From positions 7,316,001 to 7,380,000 of the forward strand of contig CM022671.1 in NCBI GenBank assembly GCA_012295275.1: a stretch of 64,000 nt of DNA. Reading direction: 5' to 3'. Positions 12,872 through 64,000 of the stretch are shown piece by piece. This stretch comes from Chrysomallon squamiferum (lineage: Eukaryota > Animalia > Mollusca). Position 1 is the stretch's first letter; each line of letters begins with the position of its first letter. Both the position numbers and the translations under genes were made by a program. Under the pieces are notes generated by a model that saw only the letters and a list, made by a program, of their open reading frames with translations, ran no database searches and was not told where the DNA came from.

Positions 12872-13469
12872 TGAATACACTGACATGCTTTCTGTCCAAA
12901 TTTTGCTTAAATTCGTTTATTTCTTAAAAAGACATTCTTTATTTTATGTGAAGTCATGGGTCATAGGACATCTTTGAAAAACTGTATGAATTAATTTTTT
13001 GTACTATGAAATCACTCGTACGTCGACAATTCATAAATTTCAAAAGAGCTGATCCAGTTCCATACAGAAACAACCTGTTGGGCACGATAAAATGGAATAT
13101 GCCACTAATAAATATTACTTATTTGATACTTAAAACTCGTTTTCTCTGTTACGCGTTTTGGGGAATGGTTTGAAGTATTAGCAACAGTCAAGCACTAAGC
13201 AGACGGCGAAAACGAGGGGTTGGGCAAAAAACACTGCTAAAGAATCTGCGAATAAAATACGTTATGTGAACAACCTGCACTCTCGTAAGATCGGCTAAAT
13301 GGGGGATCAACAGCGAGTCGTACGCAGGACTTGTTTTTAGTCGCTGAATACTACAGAAAAATTACAACCTCGTAGTTTTCCTTTTCCTTACTCGCGGTAC
13401 TACACCGGCCGACGGTGGTTGGTCTGGACTGATTAATCGGAACACGACGCTTGCGATTTCCCACTCGCG

Positions 13470-13532
13470 ATTGGTTCAGAAGGGCGAGGGGCGGGGCTGC
13501 GGTCGGGCAAAAATTGTAGGCACACATCAGTG
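13470..13532 (+). promoter_or_regulatory. ADAMTS proximal promoter
   Basis: Reverse CCAAT (ATTGG 13470), GC box GGGGCGGGGC (13488-13497), Inr-like TCAGTG (13527), in a CpG-rich island ~160-210 bp upstream of the ATG. Confidence 0.55.
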
Positions 13533-13685
13533 TTGTATTGCCACACGATTTGGGAGACTGGAGTAAAGAGCGAGAATAGGGAAGTTCTGTGGCTGTGAGA
13601 GAGAGAGAGACGGGTGTTTGTCTTGTGGATTACAAGAGAATCTGGACGGTTAAGCTGAGTGAATGAAGCCGCCGGCAACCTGACG

Positions 13686-63040
<49,355 letters not shown>

Positions 63041-64000
63041 GTGAGTAATTGGACAAAAAGAAAACTGATTTGTTAAGTTGGCTGATAATGATGTTTTCTC
63101 TTTGATAACTTTTTTTCTGTAATTTGTTACCTCGGTCCTTTTGACATCTTTTTATTTTATTACTTTTCCTTTTTCTTTCATCTTCTGGCAGAATAGATTA
63201 TGGTCCTTTTCATAATCTGAGAATCAAAGAACACTGATGAAGAGTTCTTGCTTTTTATTTGCATAAAACATTTCTTGAACAATTTGCATTTGTTATTTAA
63301 ACAAAAAATATATATATATACAAAGATCTCTTTCCTTGTGTTCTGTAATTAAAATACATTAGATATTTCATCATGTAAGTTGTGAGGTTAAAATAAAAGG
63401 AAGAAAGGATAATTATTACAAATGGATTTGGGAATGTGAAAACAATTTGGTCTGCATCATCATTTTACCTTAATCATTATTTTCATCATTTTGAAACAAA
63501 TGTTACCATGCAAGAAACACATTTATCCTTAATTTCTGCTGTTTAAGTAATTTATTTATAAATATATGTTTAGGTAAATGTTTAGATAGATATGTACTTC
63601 ATTTCTTGATAGTCATATTTAATATTTACATTGACTATTTCAAATGTAAAATATCGAACATTCAAAAAATAAAATTATTACAATTTGAACTGCCCTTTGA
63701 GTTACATAAAAAAAACTGTGATTATTATTAGATTGCAATTCTTTAGGACCAAAAATTTAAGGTTCTCTCAAGAAATGTATGAATATCTGTGTGTGTGTAT
63801 GTGTGTTTGTATGAATGTTAAAGTGACTGTTAACATGTTTCACATAGTCAGATGTTTGAAGGGCATGAGAAACAGAGGTGTCAAGTTTAAAAGAAATAAG
63901 AAATGAGAATGGATCATTTAGTAATAAGATCCATCAGTGTGTTCATGCTCTAACACTAGTCAGTCAGAATTAATTTACACATGAACAACTTTGTTAGTAT

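Overview
AT-rich, microsatellite-rich animal genomic DNA. The intron style and SINE-like relics suggest a mollusc/gastropod (inference). Two spliced genes lie head-to-head. On the - strand is the 5' half of a BRPF1/peregrin-like HAT-complex scaffold: C2H2 finger, EPC-I, PHD-Zn knuckle-PHD, EPC-II, with 5 coding exons visible, running off the left edge. On the + strand is an ADAMTS9/20 (GON-1)-type secreted metalloprotease: 24 exons traced by hand with consistent GT-AG phases from 13686 to 63040, running off the right edge. Most ORF-track entries are microsatellite or low-complexity artefacts. The most interesting unexplained structure is: (i) a sharp CpG-rich to CpG-poor boundary at ~30.85 kb deep inside ADAMTS intron 2, just downstream of a bidirectional YY1/E-box promoter-like cluster with splice donors on both strands (candidate internal promoter or antisense unit); (ii) three independent cases where a tandem duplication or minisatellite starts at an exon end or splice donor; (iii) a ~390-bp foldback element and paired (TC)n/(GA)n tracts that could form intronic dsRNA; (iv) a uORF ending 2 nt before the ADAMTS start codon and an extra Cys pair in its disintegrin-like domain. 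There are no prokaryotic-type features. CpG and repeat statements were made by eye, not computed.
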